Assembly (NCBI GenBank): GCA_964016885.1
Contig: OZ024743.1
Coordinates: 183,644,001 to 183,708,000, forward strand
DNA: 64,000 bases
Direction: 5' to 3'
DNA from: Eledone cirrhosa
Taxonomy: Eukaryota
Below the pieces are notes generated by a model that saw only the letters and a list, made by a program, of their open reading frames with translations, did no database searches and was not told the DNA's origin. Made by a program: the position numbers and the translations under genes. Within the stretch, counting starts at the first letter, position 1. Every line of letters starts with the position of its first letter. This document shows positions 52,335 through 64,000 of this stretch, in pieces.

Positions 52335-54999
52335 TATTACAACTGGTTTCTTTAACACTTGCATTACCATATTTCTAATGTAAGACATTGTCTATGTCTT
52401 TAACCCTTTCATTACCATATTTCTAATGAAAGACACTATGTCTTTAGCCCTTTCATTACCATATTTCTAGTGAAACACACTGCCTATGTCTTTAACCCTT
52501 TCATGACCATATTTCTAATGTAAGACACTCTATGATTTTAAAGTCAATTTGAAATTAATCAAAAATTTTGAGGAATTTAGTAATATATTTCTCATTCAAA
52601 TTGTGCTTGGAATATAACTTAACAAAGGTTCTTACATAAAATTCTGATGGAATGTTTTTAGATAAACACTTAAAACAGATAGTTTTGTATCATAGAGCCA
52701 AGGTGGTTTCAGTTTGCTCTCAAAATGATTAAATATCGCCATACTTAGTAACTTCTATTGTTGTTTAAGGTTATCAATTTATAAATTAACGGGAAAATAT
52801 GTATTAAATGATATTTAAACTGACTTCTAACTACTGGTAAAATACAATATAGTAATATGTTGCAGTGCTTATGCATGCTAAAAGGTTGAGAAAGTTAAAT
52901 AATGTTGAATATTGTCCAAATATATGTCCATTTAGAAGATGCTTTGTACACATTTTGTTTTACTTCCTCTATTAAAACCTTGTTTTATTTTGTTTCTAAC
53001 AATTAAGATTTCATATATAATTGTGCAGTTTGTTTTAAACATGTTACATATAGTACAGTTTGTTTTAAACATGTTACATATAGTTCTGAATTTCTCCTGA
53101 TCTTTTTGTTTTTCTACAGAACATTTATACTTGTTATAAGTTATTGTAGTTTTTATCAGAACATTCATAAGTATGTTACACATTAAGTAATGTCATTTAA
53201 TGTATAATATTCAGTATCTATTTTATTTTTCTTGTTTTACAACACAGGCTATGGACTGTGAGCATTTCAAATTAATTTTTTTACCCTCTGCTTACGGTCA
53301 GATTTACTATTATTTGCTTTCTCAGTATGTTGAGAGGTTAGATAGCACCATGGAAATGTTTTATTTGAATTATGTTGCATGGGACTAACAAGATTCCAAA
53401 TATGCAACAATTTGTATCTTTCATTTGCCCAGACCTTATATGCTTCGTGTTTTGGAAGTGCATCAACTGTGAACCTTTATTTTCCCCTTTATCCTTTATC
53501 ATTGTTTCGATTCCTGTGTCAGCATCTGCTTGTCTCAATATACCTGACTTACAAAACTACCCACCAAGTATTTACCCAATCAACCTAGCTCTTAAGTATG
53601 CCTGATTGTATTTCTGGTGTTTACCGTGACCAGTTAACCCACCCTATATCCTGATTGTAAAGAACAGGGGGGAAAAAACAACAAAAAAACAAATGAAAGG
53701 TTGTTTCAATGTTTACAATGTCCACAAAATAACCATTCTTTGTTTGAATTGTCTTACAGACATTTATTGTAGAATGGTAAGGATGGTATTTATAAAGACT
53801 GACTTCACTGTCACATCAGGATGTAAAAAGCACCCAGTCCTCACTGTGAATGTGATTGGTGTTAGGAAGGGCATTCAGCCATAGAAACCAAGTCAGTCAC
53901 AGTTCTATATGAGCAAGACATGGCCACCTAATCTGACTTGTCTCACAATGGGACATCTTGTCTGATCCATGCTAGCATGGAAAATGGATGTTAAACAGTA
54001 ATAATAATGATGATCACATCAGGGACAATAATTGTGCTTTTAGCTACAACCTTGACTAAGTCTTTGAATGTCTTTTAATGGCCCCAACTGCAGCAGCAAA
54101 TGTAATGTTGTACCTGATGTACAGTGACTCGTTCTCTGCCTCCAACCTTGTCACTTCGGCCACAGACCTAGGTGCTACTGCTCGCACTGTGGAGGAGAGG
54201 AAGATAGTCAAATACTGGGGCCTGACTGACTGTTTCTCTTTGCACTGGTCTCCATCAAAATCTCTGGCATCCTTAGTCCCTGCACTGCTGATTTCCTTTG
54301 TAAAGTCAGAAAAATTGCAGTCCCCTTCAGGAGGGAGGCCCATGAGGTAGGGTGGCTGTTACAGTGAGAGTCTCTGGCCATTCTCTGTGTAAACACTTTT
54401 GCCATTTTGTCTGTGGGACACGGCTGAGGCTCAGCTCAGACTGGGATGTATTGTCTGTTCCACCCCCTCTCCCTTTCTTTCGTTGCTTGATCCTTTTTTT
54501 TCTTTTTCCTTTTTTCTTTGTTTGTTCCCTTTAATAGTGTGTTTTGTATTTATATAAATAAAATTCTAATGTGGAGAGAAAAAAATGTATATGTATGTGA
54601 ATAGATGTAAAAAGATGATATATATTTACTTGATATCAAGGTAAATACTTTCTCCAAGGGGGGCATCAGTCTTAGGAAGGTATTTTTTCACAAAAATTGT
54701 CCAACATCTAAATTATGAATTATTTGGAGCTGTGAGAACAGTCTAATGGTGGAAATATAGATGGAAATAATCTCTCTCTCTCTCACACACACTCACACAC
54801 TCACTGTAAATAATAATCAAAGAGTGTTTACTCTTTCAAACATTTAAATGTTTGTAACTATTATTTATACATTGTATTTCAGCTCTGTATTATACCTGTT
54901 ATTTTACATCTAGCTATTTTCATACTTGTAACTGGGTAATATTTAATACTGCTCACCATATATATATATGTATAATATGTATGAATATATATGTATGTA

Positions 55000-55400
55000 T
55001 CATCATCATCATTTTACATCCGCTTTTCCCTGCTTGCAAGGGTTGGACGGGTCCTATTCAGCATCTCTCCACTTGTCACGGTTCTTCGTCATCTCCTCGG
55101 TGAGTTTCAGTGTTCTGAGGTCTGCTCTCACCACCTCCGCCCATGTTTTTCGTGGTCTACTGCGTCTTCCCTCCACTGGGACTTCCTGGCACTTCTTCAC
55201 CCATCGGTCATCCTCCATGCGCATCACATGTATGTATATATATGTATATATATAGCTATACATATATGTATATGTATGAATATATATGTATGTATATATA
55301 TATATATAGCTATACTTATATGGAGAGATGCTGTGCTGAATAGGACCCATCCAACCCTTGCAAGCCGGGAAAAGCAGACGTAAAATGATGATGATGATGA
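55000..55400. mobile_element. two RTE subfamily A 3' fragments in inverted orientation around a TA-rich spacer
   Basis: 55000-55230 (-) and 55321-55400 (+) both match 10670-10915. Confidence 0.88.
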
Positions 55401-55472
55401 TAGCTATACTTATATGTATATGTATGAATATATATATGTATGTATGAATATATATATGTATGTATGAATATA

Positions 55473-55520
<48 letters not shown>

Positions 55521-55880
55521 TGTGTGTGTATGAATATATGTGTGTGTGTATGAATATATATATGTGTGTATGAATATATATATGTGTGTACATGAATATA
55601 TATATGTATGTCTGTATGAATATATATATATAAACCCATGCTAGCATGGAAGATAGATGTTAAATGATGATGATGTTTGTATGAATACATATATGTATGT
55701 ATGTATGAATATATATATATGTGTTTATGAATATATATATATGTGTTTATGAATATATATATGTATGTATGAATATATATATGTATGTGTTTATGAATAT
55801 ATATATGTATATATGTATGAATATATATATGTATGTGTGTGTATGAATATATATATATATGTATGTATGAATATATATAT

Positions 55881-56536
55881 GTATCCCAGTACAACCTGTC
55901 CCATGGTCGGGTCGTTGGCGACTAAACTGGCAACCCCACCAAGGTTTCTTGGTGAGGAGGGTGACTTTGGACATCCTGCAGGACTAAACACAAAACCTGT
56001 CAAAGGGCAAAGGAGCTCTTAAGAGTCAATGGCCATCCAAAATCACCGGGAGAGATGACCCCTTAGCCTTTGTCAAGGCAGAATTCTAGGAGAAGGAAAA
56101 CTCTGATATAACACCTGCAACCCTGATGGTTTCCAATGATGTTGACTTGTTCTTCTTTTTGGTAAATATCATCTTGGTTAAGAGAGTGGGACTGGCTTTG
56201 TGCAGTGCCTTTGCTCACTATAAAAGCTTCACAGCACAGGCATTGCTTTATATCTGGAGATCTCTCTGCACTTGTCGTCACATGGTACCATGGGCCCAGC
56301 ACTATGTGTCAATAATTGTCACAAGTGTAGTGTTTGTACCAGAGTTTTCAAGTTGCTGGCTGGACTAAAAAGTCACACTCGTTCAGCGCATCGGTAGGGG
56401 TTCTCCTACATGGATATAAAGTAGTGGCCGTACTCGAAAACGAGTTGGCAGCCACCATGTATGTATGAATATATATGTATGTATGTACGTATGAATATAT
56501 GAATATATATGTATGTATGTATGAATATATATATTC

Positions 56537-56615
<79 letters not shown>

Positions 56616-56630
56616 TACATACACACATAC

Positions 56631-56705
<75 letters not shown>

Positions 56706-57608
56706 CATACACACATATATATATATATATATACATACATATATGGTGGCTGCCAACTCGTTTTCGAGTACGGCCACTACTTTATATCCATGTAGGAAAA
56801 CTCCTACCGATGCGCTGAACGAGTGTGACATTTTAGTCCAGCCAGCGACGTGAAAACTCTGGCACAAACACTACATTTGTGACAATTATTGACACATAGT
56901 GCTGGGCCCATGGTACCATGTGACAAGTGCAGAGAGATCTCCAGATATAAAGCAATGCCTGTGCCGTGAAGCTTTTATAGTGAGCAAAGGCACTGCACAA
57001 AGCCAATCCCACTCTCTTAACCAAGATGATATTTACCAAAATCACCTGGAGAGATGACCCCTTAGCCTTTGTCAAGGCAGAATTCTAGGAGAAGGAAAAC
57101 TCTGATATAACACCTGCAACTCTGATGGTATCCAATGATGTTGACATACATATATATGGTGGCTGCCAACTCGTTTTCGAGTACGGCCACTACTTTATAT
57201 CCATGTAGGAGAACCCCTACTGATGCGCTGAACGAGTGTGACTTTTTAGTCCAGCCAGCGACTTGAAAGCTCTGGTACAAACACTACACTTGTGACAATT
57301 ATTGACACATAGTGCTGGGCCCATGGTACCATGTGACGACAAATGCAGAGAGATCTCCAGATACAAAGCAATGCCTGTGCCGTGAAGCTTTTATAGTGAG
57401 CAAAGGCACTGCACAAAGCCAGTCCCACTCTCTTAACCAAGATGATATTTACCAAAAAGAAGAACAAGTCAACATCATTGGATACCATCAGGGTTGCAGG
57501 TGTTATATCAGAGTTTTCCTTCTCCTAGAATTCTGCCTTGACAAAGGCTAAGGGGTCATCTCTCCCGGTGATTTTGGATGGCCATTGACTCTTAAGAGCT
57601 CCTTTGCC
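55881..57608. mobile_element. four alternating-orientation fragments of one element, probably an RTE 5' region
   Basis: 55881-56458(+), 56743-57040(-), 57037-57145(+), 57156-57608(-) nearly identical; ctaggagaaggaaaactctgat motif; diverged relative at about 34500-34897. Confidence 0.75.
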
Positions 57609-57643
57609 TTTTTTTTATATATATATACATACATATATATATA

Positions 57644-57722
<79 letters not shown>

Positions 57723-57783
57723 ATATATATATATATGTGTGTGTGTGTATATATATATATATGTGTGTATATATATATATATA

Positions 57784-57826
<43 letters not shown>

Positions 57827-57839
57827 ATATATATATATA

Positions 57840-57884
<45 letters not shown>

Positions 57885-58016
57885 CTGTATATATATATAT
57901 GTGTATGTATATATATATGTATATATATATATATATATATATGTAAAAACAAATAACGAAACAAAATTAAATTTCGTTTCGCTTCCAACTCACTTTTGTA
58001 TGACTGACGCTTAAAC

Positions 58017-58574
58017 AATTAAGTTAAAAGTGTACATCTACATATGTATACTGAAATACTAGTATGCATATAAATACACACATGTATACATATGTACATG
58101 TACTGAGTTTTTCACTGGACACTTTACTGTGAGTGTCCAGCTAGTCTGTATGTAACCAAACAGACAAACCGGGTTTTAGAGTCATACGGGTTTTCAAGGA
58201 AACACATTTCCTCTATTCTCCAGAGAGCCAGACAGGAATATTGGACTAGTTTCGATGTTATTATATCTCATCAGCAATATATACCCATCTTCCGGCTTCT
58301 CTAGAGAATCGTAAAAGCACATATCGTTATATGCTTTTTCTATGAAAATTAGTAGTGGGCAGACTAATTTGCATAGAACGCGAGTCATTGTACGCACCGG
58401 TTCAGCGGAAACGATAACCCGGTTTTTCTGTTTGGTTACATACAGACTAGCTGGACACTCACAGTAAAGTGTCCAGTGAAAAACTCAGTACATGTACATA
58501 TGTATACATGTGTGTATTTATATGCATACTAGTATTTCAGTATACATATGTAGATGTACACTTTTAACTTAATT
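58017..58574. mobile_element. 558-bp fold-back element with 159-bp inverted arms and a hammerhead in the spacer
   Basis: 58017-58175 is the reverse complement of 58416-58574 with one mismatch seen; lies within (TA)n fields. Confidence 0.9.
58238..58280 (-). ncRNA. minimal type-I hammerhead ribozyme with intact core
   Basis: - strand reads auauug-CUGAUGA-gau(auaauaac)auc-GAAAC-ua-GUC/caauau: 6-bp stem I, 3-bp stem II, palindromic ACUAGU stem III, GUC triplet. Confidence 0.85.
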
Positions 58575-58691
58575 ATATATATGTATATATATATATATGT
58601 GTGTATATATATGTATATATATATATATGTGTGTATATATATGTATATATATATATGTATATATATGTATATATATGTATATATATATATA

Positions 58692-58736
<45 letters not shown>

Positions 58737-58851
58737 GTATATATATATGTATATATATATATATATATATATAAATGTATATATATATATATATGTATAT
58801 ATATATAAATGTATATATATATATGTATGTATATATATGTATATATATATG

Positions 58852-58882
<31 letters not shown>

Positions 58883-58967
58883 GTATATATATATATGTAT
58901 ATATATATATGTATATATATATATATGTATATATATATATGTATATATATATATGTATATATATATA

Positions 58968-59265
58968 GAAGCATATAAACAATATGCCCCCCCCCCCCAC
59001 CGCAAGGTGGTCGTGGAGGTGCCACGGCAAAAAAGCACCCAGCCCACACTGTAAAGTGGACGTGTAGGCGCCACGAAAAAGCACCCAGCACTCACTGTAA
59101 ATGAGGTTGGTGTTAGGAAGGGCATCCAGCTGTAGAAATCAAGCCAGATCAGTTCCTGTATGAGCAAGGCATGGTCAGCCGACCAGACACTGCCCACAAC
59201 AGGACAACCCGTCTAACCCATGCTAGCGTGGAAGAACGGACGTAAAACGGTGATGATGATGATGA
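58968..59265 (+). mobile_element. RTE subfamily B 3' UTR fragment in (TA)n
   Basis: near-identical to the reverse complement of 9074-9380. Confidence 0.88.
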
Positions 59266-59299
59266 TATATGTATATATATATATGTATATATATATATG

Positions 59300-59348
<49 letters not shown>

Positions 59349-59419
59349 GTATATATATATGTATATATATGTATATCTATATATATGTATATGTGTATAT
59401 ATATATATATGTATATATG

Positions 59420-59466
<47 letters not shown>

Positions 59467-59509
59467 GTGTATATATATATATATGTATATATATATGTAT
59501 ATATATATG

Positions 59510-59542
<33 letters not shown>

Positions 59543-59554
59543 GTATATATATAT

Positions 59555-59592
<38 letters not shown>

Positions 59593-59629
59593 GTATATAT
59601 ATATGTATATATATATGTATATATATATG

Positions 59630-59660
<31 letters not shown>

Positions 59661-59725
59661 GTATATATGTATATATGTATATATGTATATATGTATATAT
59701 GTATATATATATATATGTATATATG

Positions 59726-59774
<49 letters not shown>

Positions 59775-59789
59775 GTATATATATATATG

Positions 59790-59870
<81 letters not shown>

Positions 59871-60019
59871 GTATATATATATAAATGTATATATATAAAT
59901 GTATATATATATAAATGTATATATATATAAATGTATATATATATAAATGTATATATATATGTATATATATATAAATGTATATATATATAAATGTATATAT
60001 ATATGTATATATATATATA

Positions 60020-61671
60020 ATAATGAAATGACAGGAGGCTGGATTTGTGTAAATCCTTGTAAGGTTTATTATACTATGATCATTTCAATGACCGGGTTCC
60101 GTATGATATCATCAGGTATTCGGTGATATCATCAGGTATTCAAAATATAATACGTGAATGTAATAGATAAAATCCATGGGGCTGAAAATCGAGGACCCGA
60201 GGGCGACCGCTATCTTGCACCCTCTATCTTAGCCGGTCGCCCTCGAGTGACGTGGCTAAGGCTCACAGTGTGCTACTACCAGTCAGATAAAGGAAAACAG
60301 AAATGGATGGGAACATAAGTTACAAGACAAAAGAAAGAAAGAAAGGAAGGAGAGTGAGGAAGGGGGAAGGAAGAAGAGGAGAAGCCAGGGTCAATGTCAG
60401 TTATAAGAAGAAAGACAGAAAGAAAGAGGAGGAAAGGTCGGTATTACAGTCAGGCCAGGATTGTCGCGAAGAAATTTTTTTATTCTACGGGACCCGTATC
60501 TAAACAACTACTACCGGTCAGATATAGGCGAACAAAAAGGGGGAAGGAAGATAAGTCTGCGGGAGGAAGACAGAAAGAGGGGAGAAAAGAAGGAAGAAAA
60601 GGAAGAAGTAGAAGAGTAAGGGTTGATGGCTACAAGAAGGAAGATAGAAAGAAAGAGGGGAGAAAGGTTGATATTAATGTCAGACTACAGTCAGGCCAGG
60701 AGTGGCACGAGAAAATTTTCACAGGGACCCGTATCTTAGCAGAGGTGAATATAGTGGGGGTCAGTGTGTTATAATGTGTGAGCAGAAGATTGGAACATTA
60801 CGTTTTTGTTTAGACTTAGAGGATGAAGTTAAAAATTAATAATCAATAATTAATATCAAAGAAATTAGAAAATTTAAAGTTAAACAGTTTAACATTTTAA
60901 GGTTGATATATCTAATAGTTCTGATTTGGTCTGTAATTTAAAGGTACTATGTGACGGTTAAAAACCGGCCGCGCTCCGGGACGAATTAAGCCACTCCGAG
61001 TATTTTCATTTACCGAAAGAAGGGGAAATTTATTTTTCCAAGCACTCAAGGTAGGCCCTTGCCTCAGGGTGCGCCGCCATTAAAACCCACCCAACAGTCC
61101 GACAGAAAGTTGGAACTTTAAAATATTGTTTAAATTTATAGGATGAAGTTGAAGGAATTCAGAATAACATTATAAAATTAAAGAGTAGAGGATTGAGAAT
61201 TGAACGAACAGAAAATTGAAAATCAAACATTTAAAAAAAACTTCTATAAGGTTTTGGGTTGCGGGGTTTAATTAAAGAGAGTCTTTTATGAAGAGACGTT
61301 AATTGTATTATGTAGATCTATAATTTATCCTAGTGGGATGTAGAGTACGGGATATAGTCGGGTAATATTTATGGATTTTATCTATTACATTCACGTATTA
61401 TATTTCGAATACCTGATGATATCACCGAATACCTGATGATATCTTACGGAACCCGGTCATTGAAATGATCATAGTATAATAAACCTTACAAGGATTTACA
61501 CAAATCCAGCCTCCTGTCATTTCATTATAATATTTAACTCCGTAATAGCACCACCAACTACAAAAACAAAGACGGTTGAACTGCTTTACGTTGAGTACTC
61601 TCTATATTATTACATTACGATTGACCATACGGAATAGACCAGCTCTATACAGTGGTGAACCTCAAACCTGA
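60020..61671 (+). mobile_element. Penelope-like element relic with inverted pseudo-LTR
   Basis: 60020-60177 inverted vs 61371-61528; hammerhead-like motif in the repeat; decayed GIY-YIG-like peptides on + strand (SDLV.N.K, KTGR...RI..H, LIKESLL*RD); flanked by (TA)n. Confidence 0.7.
61409..61477 (+). ncRNA. hammerhead-like motif with duplicated CUGAUGA box; mirror copy at about 60071-60139 (-)
   Basis: auac-CUGAUGA...GAAA-UGAUCA-UA/guau; palindromic AUGAUCAU stem III; imperfect stem II. Confidence 0.6.
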
Positions 61672-61688
61672 ATATATATATATATGTG

Positions 61689-61724
<36 letters not shown>

Positions 61725-61944
61725 TATGTATATATTTATATATATATATGTATATATATATATGTATATCATCATCATCATCAACGTTTAACGTCCGTGT
61801 TCCACGCTTGCCTGGGTTTGGACGGGGTTATTCCCACTTGAGGCAAGAGTGATTGTCTTGCTCGCATAGGACTGTATATATGTATATATATATGTATATA
61901 TATATGTATATGTATATATATGTATATATATATGTATATATATG

Positions 61945-61975
<31 letters not shown>

Positions 61976-62085
61976 GTATATATATATGTATATATTTGTA
62001 TATATGTATATATATATATATGTATATATTTGTATATATGTATATGTATATATTTGTATATATGTATATATTTGTATATATGTAT

Positions 62086-62153
<68 letters not shown>

Positions 62154-62209
62154 GTATATATGTATATATATATATATATGTATATATATATGTATATATA
62201 TGTATATAT

Positions 62210-62332
62210 ACGTGGGAAAGTAAAAAATCGGAGAATAGACCGTTAAAACATGTTTATTTAAAACGGCACCTACGTACGTTTTAAATAAACATGTTTTAAC
62301 GGTCTATTCTCCGATTTTTTACTTTCCCACGT
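62210..62332. repeat. perfect hairpin, about 55-bp arms with a ~10-nt loop, beside (TA)n
   Basis: acgtgggaaagtaaaaaatcggagaatagaccgttaaaacatgtttatttaaaacg followed by its exact reverse complement. Confidence 0.92.
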
Positions 62333-62518
62333 GCTTACGCTCTGCTAACTCTCTAGCCCACTAAATATTAACACTTCGAATATTTAATACTGCCGGCACT
62401 AGTATCGAGCACCTTTGGCATACGCTACTTGGTAAATAACTATATGTATCACCTATCCTCCCTTTTTTTCTCTTTCTCGATACGTAAATACTATATGTAT
62501 ATATGTATATGTATATAT

Positions 62519-62853
62519 CATCATCATCATCATTTCATTTTACGTCCGCTTTTCCCTGCTTGCAAGGGTGGGACGGGAACTGATTCTGGCTTGATTTCTA
62601 CAGCTGGATGCCCTTCCTAACACCAACCTCATTTACAGCGAGTGCTGGGTGCTTTTTTGCCATGGCACCTCCACGACCACTTTGCAGTGGAATGATAGGG
62701 ACCCCAGTCCCTATCATCTCATTTCTACAGCTGAGTAAACTGGAGCAATGTGAAATAAAGTCTCTTGCTCAAGTAAACAACACATCACCCGGCCTGAGAA
62801 TTGAACTCACAACCTTTCGATTGCAAGGCCAATGCTCTAACCACTAAGCCATA
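62519..62853 (-). mobile_element. tRNA/CORE-type SINE with RTE tail
   Basis: near-identical reverse complement of 14178-14516. Confidence 0.88.
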
Positions 62854-62956
62854 TATATATGTGTGTGTGTGTGTGCGTGTGTATATATGTGTGTGTAATG
62901 TATATATATATATATATACATACACACACATATATATATGTATATATGTATATGTA

Positions 62957-63007
<51 letters not shown>

Positions 63008-63058
63008 ATATATATATGTATGTATATATATATATGTATGTATATATATATATATATG

Positions 63059-63119
<61 letters not shown>

Positions 63120-63229
63120 GTATATATATCGGTACTCAGTAATAGAGAAAACCCGCCTTACCTAAATACAAAGTAAAACCTACTACAGTCAGTAGGCATC
63201 TCTAACAAAATACACCCCCGTCCCACCAC

Positions 63230-63556
63230 CCCCACCCCATCCACACCGCCCCTTTCAATGTAAAGTTATGTTGGTGCCACAACATCCAGGCCGAAACAAA
63301 TGAGATCGTGTAGGTGTCACGACAAAAAACACACAGTCCACGCTGTAATGTGGTCGTGTAGGCAACACGGTAAAACCTCCCAGCCCCACACTGTAAATGT
63401 GGTTGGTGTTAGGAAGGGCATCCAGCTGTAGAAAACCCGCCAGATAGTCCTATGCGAGCAAGACAATCACTCTTGCCTCAAGTGGGAAATACCCCCGTCC
63501 AAACCCATGCAAGCGTGGAACACGGACGTTAAACGTTGATGATGATGATGATGATG
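63230..63556 (+). mobile_element. RTE-related 3' UTR/SINE variant; its last ~105 bp recur inverted at 61770-61873
   Basis: gttaggaagggcatccagctgtagaa motif and (GAT)n tail. Confidence 0.8.
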
Positions 63557-64000
63557 ATATATATATATAGATAGATAGATAAATATACACGGGTGTGTAT
63601 GATTGTGTATAGAAGATTATATTAATAAGAGGAATTCCAACTTTGTCTGATTTACTCGTTTTATTTACAATCCTTTAAAATTTATAATGGTATTATAATG
63701 AAATAATATGATAGAATATTAAATTCTAAGTGTTAATTGAACAAGTACTTTCATGCTTTCGCAATCTTCAGGTTCATAATATGTGGTGACAGTCAAGTTT
63801 GCAATTTTCAACTGTAATAAGATGGGTAAATTTTCTACCTTTTATACATTTTATACAGGGAAAAGTGGCTCCAGAATCCTAAGTTTTGCAAACTGTATTT
63901 TGACCAATCAGTGTGTAGTTTCACTGAATTACTAAAGCTGATTGGTTTAAGCGTCACGGCTGGTTGAGCATGTCTAACGGCCAATAATTAATCATATCCA

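Larger units (their letters stand above)
54958..63130. repeat. extended (TA)n/(TATG)n microsatellite field interleaved with mobile-element fragments
   Basis: direct reading; source of all YIYI-type ORFs. Confidence 0.95.

Noticed and set aside
58017-58574. Classical DNA-transposon MITE interpretation
   Set aside because: No recognisable superfamily terminus or clear TSD; the hammerhead and parallel with 60020-61528 favour a Penelope-type origin, though a MITE is not fully excluded
55054-63176. Many long ORFs of YIYI/CIYM type
   Set aside because: Translations of (TA)n/(TATG)n microsatellite, which lacks stop codons; not genes

Overview
AT-rich eukaryotic genomic DNA, not prokaryotic. The repeat landscape (tRNA/CORE-type SINEs, RTE LINEs with (GAT)n tails, very long (TA)n fields) suggests a coleoid cephalopod, probably an octopus; this is an inference. 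The window lies inside one + strand gene, a Numb-associated kinase (AAK1/BMP2K co-orthologue). I traced 13 GT-AG exons (202-47879, 2260 nt, phases all consistent) covering most of the kinase domain, a polyQ exon and the HRRxxSD, WNPF and DPF endocytic tail; the 5' end is upstream of the window. Introns hold RTE, CR1, R4/Dong-like and Tx1/L1-like LINE relics, SINEs, TTAA piggyBac-type MITEs and several minisatellites. The most notable signal is a set of sequence-unrelated fold-back elements embedded in (TA)n microsatellites (34.0, 36.5-37.0, 58.0-58.6, 60.0-61.7, 62.2 kb), several with hammerhead ribozyme motifs. One is an apparently intact minimal type-I hammerhead (58238-58280, - strand) in the loop of a 558-bp element with 159-bp inverted arms, a Penelope- or retrozyme-like non-autonomous element. 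All calls come from manual reading; no database searches were run, and repeat boundaries are approximate.
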